Assembly: GCF_018350175.1 (NCBI RefSeq)
Contig: NC_058368.1
Coordinates: 19,470,001 to 19,534,000, forward strand
DNA from: Felis catus
Taxonomy: Eukaryota
Length of the DNA stretch: 64,000 bases
Direction: 5' to 3'
Shown: positions 39,479 through 51,800 of the stretch, one piece after another
Layout of the letters: every line of letters begins with the position of its first letter
How positions within the stretch are numbered: the first letter of the stretch is position 1
The notes under the pieces: generated by a model
The model's database searches: none
Told to the model about the DNA's origin: nothing
Seen by the model: only the letters and a program-made list of their open reading frames with translations
Made by a program: the position numbers and the translations under genes

Positions 39479-40729
39479 CTTTCTTTCTCTAAACTCAGTG
39501 GTGTTTTTTTTTTTTTTTAAATAGGCTTTAAAAGCTGCCCATCACGGAGGCTGTTATTATTATCAGTAAACTTGTATGCCCTCTCCCTATCTTGGAGGAC
39601 CACTTGGTGTAGTCTGAAGTTTCCTCCCAGGCTCCCTCCTCCTGCCCCCGCCCCCCAGTCCAGGGTCCTCCAACTGCTGTCCCAGGGCCCTGCTGCCACA
39701 CCACAGGGACAGAACTGCTGGGAAATGCAGGCAACCCCCCCTTGATGCTGCTAGTGGTTTCTTGTTCCTCATCTCATCTGTGCCTGCTTTTCACTTGTTC
39801 TGTGTCAACTTCTTGCGACTCCTTCAAACCTTCCCTGCTTGCTCATCTCTGCCTTCCTTATTTTCAACAGATGACCTCAGTGCTTACTTCAAGAAAGCTG
39901 GATACCATTGTTTATGGTTTTCTTCAACTTTCTGCCTCCCTCAGTGCATCTTCTTCCAGAATTTTATTTATATCTACAACGTATTTTCACTTTCTCATCT
40001 AGTCTCAGGACAGGCTTGCTTTCTTTTCAAGGTTCTCTCCCTGGCCTCAGTGCCCTTGTCCCATATCCCTTCTTCTCTACCTGTTTTGGAGCCCTTACTG
40101 GTCATGTCTTTTCTCACCTACAGTCTTTTCCTCTTTCTGCAGACTTCTCCCTTTGGTTTATAAACTCATGCCATTTGCCTTCATTTTAAAATCTCTCCCA
40201 TTACCTGTGTCTCCCATTTGCTCTTGTACTATTTCTCCCCTCTCCTCCTTTCTCAGTCTTCCAGAAAGAATCGTCTTCATTTGCAGGTTTCCACTCACCT
40301 ATTCACTTTAAGATTTTTCTTTTATTATTCTATCAGTTTATTGGACATAAAAGAAATGTATATAACCATATATGTAGTTATAAAGCATAGTAAGATAGAG
40401 AATGCCTGTGAACCTACCACCTGACCCAAGAACGAGAATGTTGTCCATGCCAACATGGACATGAATGGCATCCACTCAACTGTTTCTTCTCTGGTGTCAC
40501 CGTTAGGAGTACCCACTATAGAGGCAACCGCCATCCTGTTCTTTGTTCGTTGTAACTCAGCTTTTGTTTTTGTTTTTGTAAAATTTTATCACACATATAT
40601 GAATGCCTGAACAATACATTATTTAGTTTTGCTTGTTTCTGAGCTTTATAAAAATTCTGTTGTCGTGTGTTTAGTCTTCTGTGCTAGCTTCTCTAAGTAG
40701 ACATCACACTAAGAAAATTATTTATTTTA

Positions 40730-40953
40730 GGGGCGCCTGGGTGACTCGGTTGGGTGTCCCACTTCGGCCCAGGTCATGATATGTGGTCCGTGAGTTCAAG
40801 CCCCACATCGGGCTCTGTGCTGACAGCTCAGAGCCTGGAGCCTGCTTCGGATTCTGTGTCGCCCTCTCTTCTGTCCCTCCCCCACTCATGCGCTCTCTGT
40901 CTCTCTGTCTCTCTGTCTCTCTTTCTCAAAAATAAACAAACATTTAAAAAATT
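40730..40953 (+). mobile_element. CanSINE (SINEC_Fc-like)
   Basis: Head at 40730, CT tract, A-rich tail. Confidence 0.9.
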
Positions 40954-40967
40954 AAAACAAAAACATT

Positions 40968-41201
40968 ATTTTTTTTTCAACGTTTTTTTTTTTATTTATT
41001 TTTTTTATTTTTGGGACAGAGAGAGACAGAGCATGAACGGGGGAGGGGCAGAGAGAGAGGAAGACACAGAATCGGAAACAGGCTCCAGGCTCCGAGCCAT
41101 CAGCCCAGAGCCTGACTCGGGGCTCAAACTCACGGACCGCGAGATCGTGACCTGGCTGAAGTCGGACGCTTAACCAACCGACTGCGCCACCCAGGCGCCC
41201 C
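40968..41201 (-). mobile_element. Young SINEC_Fc, tail-to-tail with the previous SINE
   Basis: Near-consensus sequence; TSD aaacattatttt. Confidence 0.93.
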
Positions 41202-41224
41202 AAACATTATTTATTTTAAATAAA

Positions 41225-42270
41225 AATTTTTAATTTTTAATTCCAGTATAATTAACATACGGTGTTTATGTTAGTTTCAGGTGTATATATAGTGATTCCC
41301 CAATTCTCTACATTATCCAGTGCTCGTCATGATGCGTGTACTCTTAATCCTCTTTGCCCATCCGCCTGCCTACCTCCCCTCTGGCAATAGTTTGTTCTCT
41401 CTGTTGAAGAGTCTGTTTTTTTGTCTCTCTCTCTCTCTCTCTTTGCTCGTTTGTTTTGTTTCTTAAATTCCACAGAAGAATGAAATCATAAATTATTTGT
41501 CTTTCTATAACTGATTTCACTTGGTAATATACTCTCTAGATCCATCCATGTCGTTGCAATGGCAAGATTCCATTCTTTTTTTTGTGTCTAATACCCCATT
41601 TCATATATATACACACATATACCCCACAGCTTTATCCACTCATCTGTGGATGGACACTTGGGCTGCTTCCATATCTGGACTATTACAGATAATGCTGCGG
41701 TAAACATAGGGGTGCATATGTGTTTTCAAATTAGTGTTTTAGTTTTCTTTGGGTAAATATCCAGTACTGGAATTACTGGATCATATGGTAATTCTATTTT
41801 TAATTTTTGAAGCAACTCCATACTGTTTTCCACAATGGCTGCATCAGCTTGCATTCCCACCAACAGCGCATGAGGGTTCCTTTTTTCTCCACATCCTCAT
41901 CAGCACTTGTTGTTTCTTATGTTTTTGATTTTAGCCAGTCTGACAGGTGTGAGGTAATATCCTATTGTGGTTTCGATTTGCCTTTCCCTGAAGATTAGTG
42001 ATGTTGAGCATCTTTGCATGGGTCTGTCAGCCACCTGTATATTTTTTTAGACATATGTCTATTTAAGTTCTCTGCCCATTTTTAATTGGATTATTTGTTT
42101 TTTTGGTGTTGAGCTTGGTGTGTTCTTTATACGGTTTGAACATCAAGCCTTTATTGGATATGTCATTTACAAATATCTTCTCCCATTCGGCAGGTTGCTC
42201 TTTTGTGTTGTTGATGGTTTCTTTCGCTGTGCAAAAGCTTTTTATTTTGGTGGAGCCCCAGTAGTTTAAT
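41225..42270 (-). mobile_element. Carnivore LINE-1 3' portion (antisense)
   Basis: Minus-strand ORF2 remnant [26 protein letters not shown]...; L1_Carn 3'UTR. Confidence 0.88.
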
Positions 42271-42560
42271 TTACCGGCCATTACATTTCTGAGATTCGTT
42301 GTTGTGCAGTATGCCATTGTGGGAATATAGCACCGTTTATCCATTTTGCTTGAAGGATACTGGGTGGTTTGGGTGCTTTTGCAATTACGAGCATTCTCCT
42401 GGCATATACACTGGCGCTCTGTCCACTTCTGTTCCTGTTGCTTCACCTCTTGTCTGGAACCTCCTTTGTTGAGGATTCCATGAATGCCAAAGGCAGATCC
42501 TCCCTAATTCTTATTTTAATGGTGTCTCTAACGATGTGGGGGGGGGGGGGAACCAGCTTA

Positions 42561-42730
42561 GGGGTGCCTGGGTGCCTCAGGTAAGCGTGAATCGTCCCAC
42601 TCTTGATTTGGCTCAGGTCATGATCTCTAGGTAGTGAGATCAAGCCCTGCAGCGGGCTCTGCACCGACAGCGACAGTGTGCCTGTGTGCTCGTGTGTGGG
42701 TGCTTTCTCTCTCTTTCAAAATAAATAAAC
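42561..42730 (+). mobile_element. CanSINE
   Basis: ggggtgcctgggtg head; aaataaataaac tail. Confidence 0.8.
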
Positions 42731-43898
42731 ACTAAAACATTTGAAAAACAGCTTTATTAAGATAAGAGTCACAGGTACATGCAATCATCACAACAATCAG
42801 GTATCTTCATTACCTCAGAAACAAAGCCTACACCCTTCATCTATCACTCCCCACCTCCACATGGTCCCCTTGCCTAAGCAACCACTGATCCACTTTCTAT
42901 ATCTTTAGATTTGCCTATTGCAAAGATTTCATGTAAATGGAATCTTTGTCTATTTCTGATCTTAGGGGAAAGCTTCCAGCCTTTCGCCATTAAGTATGAG
43001 GTTAGCTCTTGGTTTTGCAGAGATATGCCTTACCAGGTTGAGGAAGTTCCCTCCAATTCCTAGTTTGTTGAGCGTTTTTATCATGAAAGGATTTTGGATT
43101 TTGTCAAATGCTTTCTCTGTGTCTGTTGAGATGACAATGTGTCTTTTGTTTTTTATTCTATGTGGTGTATTCCATGAATTGATTTTGGATGGTAAGCCAG
43201 ACTTGCATTCCTGGAAAGATCCCACTTGGTCATGGCATGTAATATTTTTTGTATGTTGTTGGATATGGTTTCCTACTGTATTGTTGAGGAATCTTTGTGT
43301 CCATATTCACCTGAGATATTGGTTTGTAGTTTTCTTGTGATATCTTTGTCTGGTTTTGGTATCCAGGTAATGCTGTCCTTATACATAGAATGAACTGAGA
43401 TGCGTTCCCTTGTCTTTTGTTTTTTGGAAGACTTTACTGAAATTTTGTATTAATTCTCCTTAATTAATCTTTGATGGCATTCAGTGTTGAACCTGTCTGA
43501 GCCTGGGCTGTTTTTCTTGGAAAGCTTTCCGATTATTAATTCAGTATCTTTCTTCTTAACAGTTGATTTAGATTGTCTGTTTCTTCTTAAGTCAGTTTTG
43601 GTAGTTTTTCTTTTTAGAATTGGCTGTTTCCATCCAATTTACCTTATTTGTTGGCATATAGTTGTTTCTAATTGTATCTTATATAAACCTTATTTCTTTA
43701 AGATCAGTGATAATAACCCCTCTTTCATTTCTCATTCTAGCACTTTGAGTCTTTGTTTCTTTGGTCATTGGTCATTCTAGCTAAAGGTTTGTCAATTCTA
43801 TTGATCTTTTCAAAGAATCAGCTTTTGGTTTCAACAGTTTTCTGTATTTTTCTATTCTCTATTTCATTAATTTTTTTCTCTAATCTTTATGATTTTAT

Positions 43899-44328
43899 TG
43901 TGTTGTGGGTTGAATGGTGCCCCCAAAAGATAGGTTGAAGTCCTAAGCCCTCGTACCTGTGAATGTCATCTTACATGGAAATAGGCTATTTGCAGGTGTA
44001 ATTAGTTACATTCAGATGAAGTCATACAGGATCCTGGTGGGCCTTAAATCCAATTACTGCTCTCCTTATAAGAGTACCATATGAAGGCATAGAGAAGAGA
44101 AAGCTTCTTGATTACCGACACAGAGATTGGAGTGATGCTTCTATTAACCAAGAAATGCTAAGGATTGACAGTAACCACCAGGAAGTAGGAGAGAGGCATA
44201 GAACACTTTCTCCTTCAGATCCCTCAAAAAGGAAAATCTTTGACTTCTAACCTCCAGAACTAGGAGAGAATAACGTTCCAGTACTCAATTTGTGGTATTT
44301 TATTACAGCAATAGTAGGATACTAATAT
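43899..44328 (+). mobile_element. MaLR LTR (MLT1B/C-like)
   Basis: 'tgttgtgggttgaatggtgcccccaaaagata...gtacctgtgaatgt...ttgcaggtgtaattagtt' through 'ttacagcaatagtaggatactaata'. Confidence 0.85.
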
Positions 44329-44734
44329 AACTTCCTTATGCTTCCTTAGGTTTAGTTTAGTTGTCTTTTTTTCCCAGTGTCTTAGGCAGAAGGTTAGGTT
44401 ATTGATTTGAGATCCTTCTTTCTTAATACAGGCATTGACAACTATAACTTTCCCTCTAAGCATTGCTTTAGCTGCATCTCATACATTTTGGTAAGTTGTG
44501 TCTTCATTTTCATTTATCTCAAAGTATTTCCTAATCTCCCTTTTGGTTTCTTCTTTGACCCATTGTTTATTAGGAGTGTGTTGTTTAATTTCCACTTATT
44601 TGCGAGTTTCCCGGATTTCTTTCTGTTACTGATTTTTTTATTCTATTATGAGTGAAGAACAGACTTTGCATTATTTCCATTTTATTAAATGGGTCTGGTT
44701 GGTTTATAGTGTTGTTCCTGTCTTCTGTTTTGTG

Positions 44735-45161
44735 ATTCTGCTACCAGTTCCAGCGTGTGGGTCTTTTTCCCCATGCCAAGCACTTCTTGGGCCAGCTGGG
44801 TGTTCTACAACCTAACTTAATTCGCTTTCTGGAGATAGCATCAGATCCCACAGGTTAAGAGCTCAATTCTGCAAGACTGAGTTCTAAAGACTCCTGCTTC
44901 GCCAGTTCAGACACCGGTTGCAAGTCCAGACTGTTACCTGTGCTTCTGACTGACTTCTGACTCCTTGGGTTCAGTTAATTTGCTAGAGGGGCTCACAGAA
45001 CTGAGAGAAGTACCTCCTCACATCGTGTGTTGTAAAAGGATGTCACTCAGGAACAGCCAGGTGGGAGAGTTGCACTGGGCAGGGTATTAATGAGAATTTT
45101 AATCTGCCATCACTTAAGAGATTCCAAGGGCTTTAGGTTTCCTGTAAATCACAATGTCACA
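44735..45161. mobile_element. LTR remnant (MER21-like)
   Basis: 'ctggagatagcatcagatcccacaggttaagagctca', 'ttaatttgctagag..gctcacagaact', 'gtaaatcacaatgtcaca'. Confidence 0.7.
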
Positions 45162-45261
45162 TGTTTCCTTGTTGATATTCTGCACAGTTTTGTTCATTTT
45201 TGAAAGTGGGTATTGAAGTCTCCAACTGTCACTGGTGAATTGTCTTTTTTTAAAAAAAATA

Positions 45262-45475
45262 TTTATTTTTTAAAATTTCTTTTAAGTTTATTTATTTATT
45301 TATTTTGAGAGAGAGAGAGAGAGAGAGAGAAGGGGAGGAGCAGAGAGATGGAGAGTCCCAAGTGGACTCTGCACTGTCAGCACAGAGCCCCATGCGGGGC
45401 TCGAACTCACACGATCATGACCTGAGCGGAAATCAAGAGTCGGACACTTAACCACTGAGCCACCCGGGCACCCCT
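45262..45475 (-). mobile_element. CanSINE
   Basis: (GA)n and SINEC antisense body. Confidence 0.88.
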
Positions 45476-45934
45476 GAATTGTCTTTGCTCTTCTCATTTC
45501 TGTCCGTTATTTTTGTCTGGGAATCCATTTTGTGTTCTGTTTTTAGATGTATATGTTTGTAATTTTTACATTTTCCTCATGGAATGACTTTTATCATTAT
45601 AAAATGTACCTCTTTATTTCTGGTAACATTGTTTTCAAGTCTGTTTTGTTTGGTATTAGCATAACTACATCAGTGTTCTTGTGGTTGCCATTTGCCAGAT
45701 GTATCTTTTTCCATTCTTTCATTTTTAATCTGTTTGTGTTTTTGAGTCTAAAGTTCATGGAACTTTTTGGATGTGTAGGCCATTATTAGTAGTTGTAGTA
45801 GTAATAGTAGTTTTTCACTAGATTTGGAGAAGTTTTCAGTCAATATTTCTTTGAGTATTTTTCCTACTTTGTCTTTCCTGGTCTCTCATTACACCTGAGT
45901 TGGCATGGGCAGTCGTGTCCCAAATTTCTATGAG

Positions 45935-46563
45935 TGTAACCGAACCCAAATCCATCTGCCCAATACACAGCAGAACCGATCACCAAAACATTAGGTTTGC
46001 AGCCAGGAAAGGGTTTATTTGAGAGGCAGACAAGTGAGGAGACAGGAGGGCAAGCCTCAAATCGGCCTGCCTAAAAGAGGAGAGAACAAGTTTGTTTTTT
46101 TTTATAATTGTAGGGGTTGAGATTGCATACATATTGATGAATAGGGCAGGGAAACTTATGACTGTTCATGAAGTACAGTGTAGCATGTGCGTTGAGCAGA
46201 CATACATATAACATGTATCCCATGTTCACTTTAGAGGAAGACTTAATATTCAGCCCTGATGTCAACAGGTTATCTTATATCTTAGGACACGGAGACGGGG
46301 TGTGGGCATGTTCCAAGAGCTAGTATAAACTGGATGGGGTCTTGGCTTGTTATCTTGGGTAAGGAAGGCAGGGCCTTGCTTGTTCATAGGCTGGAACTGT
46401 ATCAGTTGACCACGAGCCCAGGCTTCTGCAGAGACAACTAGTGGGTTTGATAGCAGGGTCTGAAAAGACACAACAGGTGATTAGGGGGAAAGAGTTCTCT
46501 GAGAAACAAGCTTTAAACTTTATGCTAGTTTCAACCTCATTAACCCTGTGGGTCACAGTTTCA
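45935..46563 (-). mobile_element. Solo ERV1-class LTR (629 bp)
   Basis: TGTAAC...GTTTCA termini with exact 4-bp TSD TGAG (45931-45934 and 46564-46567); tttatt poly(A) signal implies minus orientation. Confidence 0.85.
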
Positions 46564-47003
46564 TGAGGTTCTATTAATTTTTTTGCATTCTTTTTTTCCT
46601 CTCTGAGATGGCATTATCTCTTTGATCTCTCTTCTTGTTGGCTGATTCTTTCAGCTCAAATCTACTGTTAAACTCAACTAGTAACTTTTCATTTCAGTTT
46701 CTATACTTTTCAACTGCAGAATTTCCGTTTGGTTCCTTTTTTACGATTTCTGTCTCCTTACTGATATTTTCTATTTGATGTGACATTGTCATCATCCCTT
46801 TCTTTATTTCATTAAAACGTTTTTAATGGTTTCTGCCTTTGTATATTAAATCCTACGTCTGGTTGCAATTATAGGCTGCTCTTTTCCCCTGGTGTATGGG
46901 TCATACTCTTTTTTTGCGTGTCTCATAATTTTTTGTTAGAAACTGGACACTTTAGACAATTCTGCATGCTGCTACTCCCTCACCACCCCACCCAAGGGGT
47001 TGC

Positions 47004-47455
47004 TTTTTTTTCTTTAATTTTTTTAATGTTTATTTTATTTTTGAGAGAGAGAGAGAGAGACTGAGACTGTGAGTGGGAGAGGGGCAGAGAGAGAGGGAGA
47101 CACAGAATCTGAAGCAGGCTCCAGGCTCCAAGTTATCAGCACAGAGCCTTACGCGGGGCTCAAACTCACAAACCATGAGATCGTGACCTGAGCCGAAGTC
47201 GGTTGCTTAACTGACTGAGCCATCCAGGTGCCCCCCAAGGGCTTGCTTTTTTATTATTTAGTGACCTACTAGATAATTTTAGTGGAGATCTTTTTTTTTT
47301 TAATGTTTATTTATTTATTTTGAGAGAGAGCAAGAGCGAGAGCAAGAGAGAGAGAGAGAGGGAGAGAGAGAATCCCAAGCAGGCTCTAGCTGATGTGGGC
47401 CTCGATCTCAATGACCATGAGATCATGACCTGAGCCGAAATCAAGAGCCAGACCG
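47004..47455 (-). mobile_element. Two consecutive antisense CanSINEs (about 47004-47234 and 47290-47455)
   Basis: Two T-tail/(GA)n/SINEC bodies. Confidence 0.88.
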
Positions 47456-48364
47456 TTCACCCTGGCAGTGTTGAGCCTCTGTTGTTGTTTCTCAAGGGGC
47501 ACAGCCCTGAGTGTGCCCTCAGTCACCTTGTAATAACAATTATTTTGTCTTTGTGGTTTTTCCTGGCTGCACCTAGCTATTAAGCTCCACTAATTGCTGG
47601 CTGATCTATTGTTTTCAATAATGCCAGGGGCATACATTCCTCCACAGCTGGGTCCATTCAGACTCAGGCTCCTTTGATGGGATGTTCCTGAGCTCAAGTG
47701 TTTTGAGATTTGTTCTGACCCTGGTCATATTCTCCCTCGTGGTCTCTTTTCCCAGGTCACTCCAGCAAACTGGCCAGCCTATAGTTTCGTCTATATGTCC
47801 AGTCGATCCACCTGTCTCCTCCCAGTTGCCTCACCCAGGCACAATTTCTGAGCCAAGTCTCTAACTGGGGATGGTGACGAGGCCACACTTTTCTCTGGCT
47901 CTCCCTCTTTTAGAGTTGAGTGCGTGGAGAAGGGAATTCGCCAGGGGCACGGGGTCGTCAGTACCCTCCGTTCTGCTCGGCTTTCCTCTCTTGGGTTGAA
48001 ACCACAATGTTACGAACCAGAGCAAGGGCAGTTGAGGCCCCATATTCTGGGTGCACCATGCTCAAGGTAGAGCCTTTGTACCACCAGCGGGGACTAGTTG
48101 GAGGAAGGGAAGCTCCACCTCTTGGCTGCATCAGCCTGCAACTTAGCTTCAACGTCAGGATGAGATGGACAGGGTAAGAAGTGCCGATGCCTTGCCCCTC
48201 CTGGGAAGAAAGCCCACTGACTGGTTGCTGGGTGGAGAGTGATCCCTGTGTTCTTGGCTGCACCAGTCAAGTGGAGTTTCCACCTCGCTGAGGTCGGAGA
48301 GGTGAAGGAGTGAGGTCTTGATTCACACAACACAGACTCGGGGCTCCGGGGAGGAGGGCGGGGA

Positions 48365-49086
48365 GGAGGGCCTCAGTCAATTAAGTGATTAAGCATCTGA
48401 CTCTTGATATCGCTCAGGTCATGAACTCACAGTTCTTCATCAGCACTGTGCTAGCCAGGAGCCTGCTTAGGATTCCCTCTCTCCCTTTGCTCCTCCCCCC
48501 ACTCTCTCTCTCAAAACAAGTAAATAAACTTAAAAAAAAAAAAAAAACAGCACAGACTCTTGCTATTTTTAACTATTGTTAGTAGGTTTTCAAAAAAATT
48601 TTTTAAAGTGCTTATTTTTGAGAGAGAGAGAAAGAGAGCAGGGGAGGGGCAGAGAGCGAGGCAGACACAGAAACTGAAGCAGGCTCCAGGCTCCGAGCTG
48701 TCAGCACAGAGCCTGACGCGGGGCTTGAACTCACGAACTGTGAATCACGACCTGAGCTGAAGTCAGACACTTAATCGATTGAGCCACCCAGGAGCCCCTA
48801 GTAGGTTTTCTTGAATTAAATCATTTCTTCATTTGCTATATGTCTTTAGGATCATTTCCAGCTATTTTTCATATTTGTTTGGTTTCTTTAAAATAATTTT
48901 CAGAGGCACCTGGGTGGCCCAGTCGATTAGGCGTCCACTCTTGATTTTTGGCTCAGATAGTGATCTCATGGTTTGTGAGATCAAGCCCCGCATCAGGCTC
49001 TGTACTGACGCATGGAGCCTGCTTGGGATTCTCTCTCTCCCTCTGTCTCTGTCCTTCCCCCAAATAAATAAATTCAAAATAAAATA
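48365..49086. mobile_element. Three alternating CanSINEs (+ 48365-48548, - 48599-48798, + 48903-49086)
   Basis: SINEC heads and tails in alternating orientation. Confidence 0.85.
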
Positions 49087-49527
49087 ATTTTCGCCAATAT
49101 CACTGGGGAGCTGATCTGCATAACTCATACTGCCATGCCAGAAGTTCCTACTCCTCTACCGCATTTGACACTTATAATAGAATTGTATTGTGTTTGGCTG
49201 TGTATAAGAGAAAGCCCAAAGCAACGTGGCTGTCAGTGAAGTCTAACGGCATGTGTCCCAGGTTGGTTTGGCATCTCAGGGTCATCAGGGATTCCACCTT
49301 CCTTTTCTCTCTGCTCTAGCAAGCTAGGATGCAGCTGCATGTTCCTGAGACCTCATGGCCTTAAGCTGGCTGCCAGGACTCCAGCCATCTAATCCATGTT
49401 ATACACAGCAGAAATGAGGAAGGGGTAAGGGCAAACCCACTCTCTCTTTTAAGGCGCCTTCTCAGGAGCCCTGACAAACAGCTTTTCCTTATATTTCATT
49501 GACCAGAACTTTGTGTCTGTTTTCAGC

Positions 49528-49756
49528 ATTTTTATTTTTTTAATATTTATTTATTTTTTAAATGTTTCTTTATTTTTGAGAGAGAAATAGAGAGGAAGAG
49601 AGCACAGGGGAGGGGCAGAGAGAAAGGGAGACAGAATCTCAAGCAGATTCCCGTGCTACTAGCCTGTCAAGGGGCTCAAACCCACGAACTGTGAGATCAT
49701 GACCTGAGCCCAAATCAAGAGTTGGGCTCTTAACCTACTGAGCCACCCAGGTGCCC
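49528..49756 (-). mobile_element. CanSINE
   Basis: Antisense body; TSD about gttttca(g/a)cattttt. Confidence 0.88.
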
Positions 49757-49893
49757 ACGTTTTCAACATTTTTAAGTTAGAAGATTTTATTGTGTAAAAT
49801 TTCAGCTACTTACCTTCTCTTGGAAACTCTGACAAGGCCCTTTGAAAATAATTGGCCAGAGCGCAGGAGTAACTGCCTCTTTTAGGTGGAGCA

Positions 49894-50362
49894 GGTTAAC
49901 AAGAAAACCACAGAATCAAAATGGTGCCACTTGGGTTAAGGCCCCGAGACTGTGAACCAGGGGTTCCTACCTAACCTAAGTGAAGTTTCAACCTCCTGCA
50001 GAAATACAACCCTTAACTGGTTAGGAGTTTTCTGATAAGCGCCAGTGAGGTATTCTGTCACGCGGGTCTTGTCTGTCCCCTGAAGGAAGATGACGTTTGG
50101 CACATAGTAAGACCCTCTCCCCTTCCCTCTCAGGGAAGATGATCTTGTCTGAAACAATCCTTTCAGTCTCTTCTTTTCTGTTGCTTACAACTTTCAGGCC
50201 CCACCCTCCTTCCCTTAAGACCTTCCATTCTGTACAACCCCTTGGGGTGCCCCTTTACTTGGTCGATGGGGTGCTGCCTGATCCATGAAGCATTCCATAA
50301 AGCCAATTATATCTTCAAATTTACTTAGCTGATTTTTCTTTCTTTCTTTTTTTTTTTTAATA
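49894..50362 (+). mobile_element. Solo ERV LTR (carnivore ERV1/MER34-like)
   Basis: 'gttaacaagaaaaccacagaatcaaaatggtg...' start and 'gctgcctgatccatgaa..ataaagccaattatatcttcaaatt' end region typical of this LTR class. Confidence 0.6.
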
Positions 50363-50539
50363 AGTCCTGTTCTCAATAGTAGTTGAGTTTAGACCGTTGG
50401 CTTAGAGGAGAAAAGGAGTAAGGGAGAAGAGAGCCAGCTTAGGATGGGGTACCTTCTGAATGTTGAATACTTGTTTGAAAGTTTGGCAGTCTGTTTTTTT
50501 ATAGCAAAAAATTACGTGAGTTGTTTTTGTTTAGTTTTC

Positions 50540-51800
50540 TGTGTCATTCATTCAACAAGTACTTATCGAGAAACGTAAATGTAAGCACTGTTGTAGTGCT
50601 GGGAATACAGAGGTGAGTAAAGAAAACAGACAAGGGTTTCCTGCGCTTGTGAAACTTACATCCTAATGGAGAGACAGTGAGTAATTATATAAGTAAGTAA
50701 AATATATATTACCGTATCAATGGCAGTTGAGTACTCCAAAAACTTGGCAGGAAAGGATGGGCAGCGGCAGCGGGAGTGTTTGAAATGAAAAGGGGGTAAA
50801 CGGGCAAGTCACTGAGAAGGTGACATTTGAGGAAGGTGAGGAAGTGAACCACCTGGATATGGGGTGTTGGAGGACGGTTGTTTTTAAGCTGAGAGAGTAG
50901 AGAGTAGTGGGCACAAAGGCCCTGAGGCTGGAGCATGCCTTTTGCTTTGTTACAAAAACTGCCGAATCAGAAGAGATTTAGCCCAGTGAGTGAGGGGTGA
51001 GCAGTGTGTGGATTGGTCGCAAAGGAGACGGAGTGGAGCTGACTGCAGTTGTCTGACTTCCCCTTTAAGGGGACTCCTCTGGTTTTTGTGTTGAGAATAG
51101 ACTTTAGGGGCCAAGAACCACCTGGGGGATTGTTTTAGTACCGCAGGTGAGATGTGCTGGTGGTTTGGACCTGAGCTGTATGTAGTAGGGGGTACACATG
51201 GATGCTGCACATACTTAAACACGGAACTGACAGGATTTGCTCAACATTTACCTGCGGGTTTGAATGCAGGACACAGTTCTTATCAAGGGTTAATGCAAGT
51301 GTTTGCACTGGGCGAGTGGAAGGGAGGAAATGGGAAAGATGGTGGTAGAAGCAGGGAAGGGGCAGAATACTGGGAGCTCAGTTTTAGGCAAGTTCACATT
51401 TGAGATGCATATTAAATAGCCAGCAGGGGATGCTGGTTGAGCCTTTGGATCCCTAAGTGTGGAATTGGGAGTTACTGGGTATAAGTGGTATTTCTACTGG
51501 ACTGAATGAGTTCACCGAGGAATGAGTACAGACGGGGAAGGGGTCCAAGGGCTGAGCTGCAAGCCACTCCAGCACTAAGGGGTTTGGGGACCAGTAGGTT
51601 CCTGTGAAGGCCTCTGAGAAGAATCTATTGGGGGGGGGGGTGGGAGGAAACCCAGGAAGGGGTGGGTACTTGGAGCCTGACCTTGGGGGTAAGAACAGTT
51701 CACCCTACCGCCCGAGGGAAGGCGCTAACACAGGTGGGCGGGTGGTTGAGATGTTGGCAACTTGTTTTCTGATTGCTTCTGTTATTTCAGCGTAGTAGAA
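50540..51800 (-). mobile_element. LINE-2 (antisense)
   Basis: L2 3' end 'cattcattcaacaagtacttatcgag...gctgggaatacagaggtga' followed by a purine-rich body. Confidence 0.7.

Larger units (their letters stand above)
42940..47000 (-). mobile_element. Old LINE-1 (L1M) ORF2/5' fragments interrupted by LTRs and SINEs
   Basis: Minus-strand RT remnant HIVISTDTEKAFDKIQNPFMIKTLNKLGIGGNFLNL...ANLILNGERLEAFP and LRGKVIVVNACIKKE. Confidence 0.85.
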
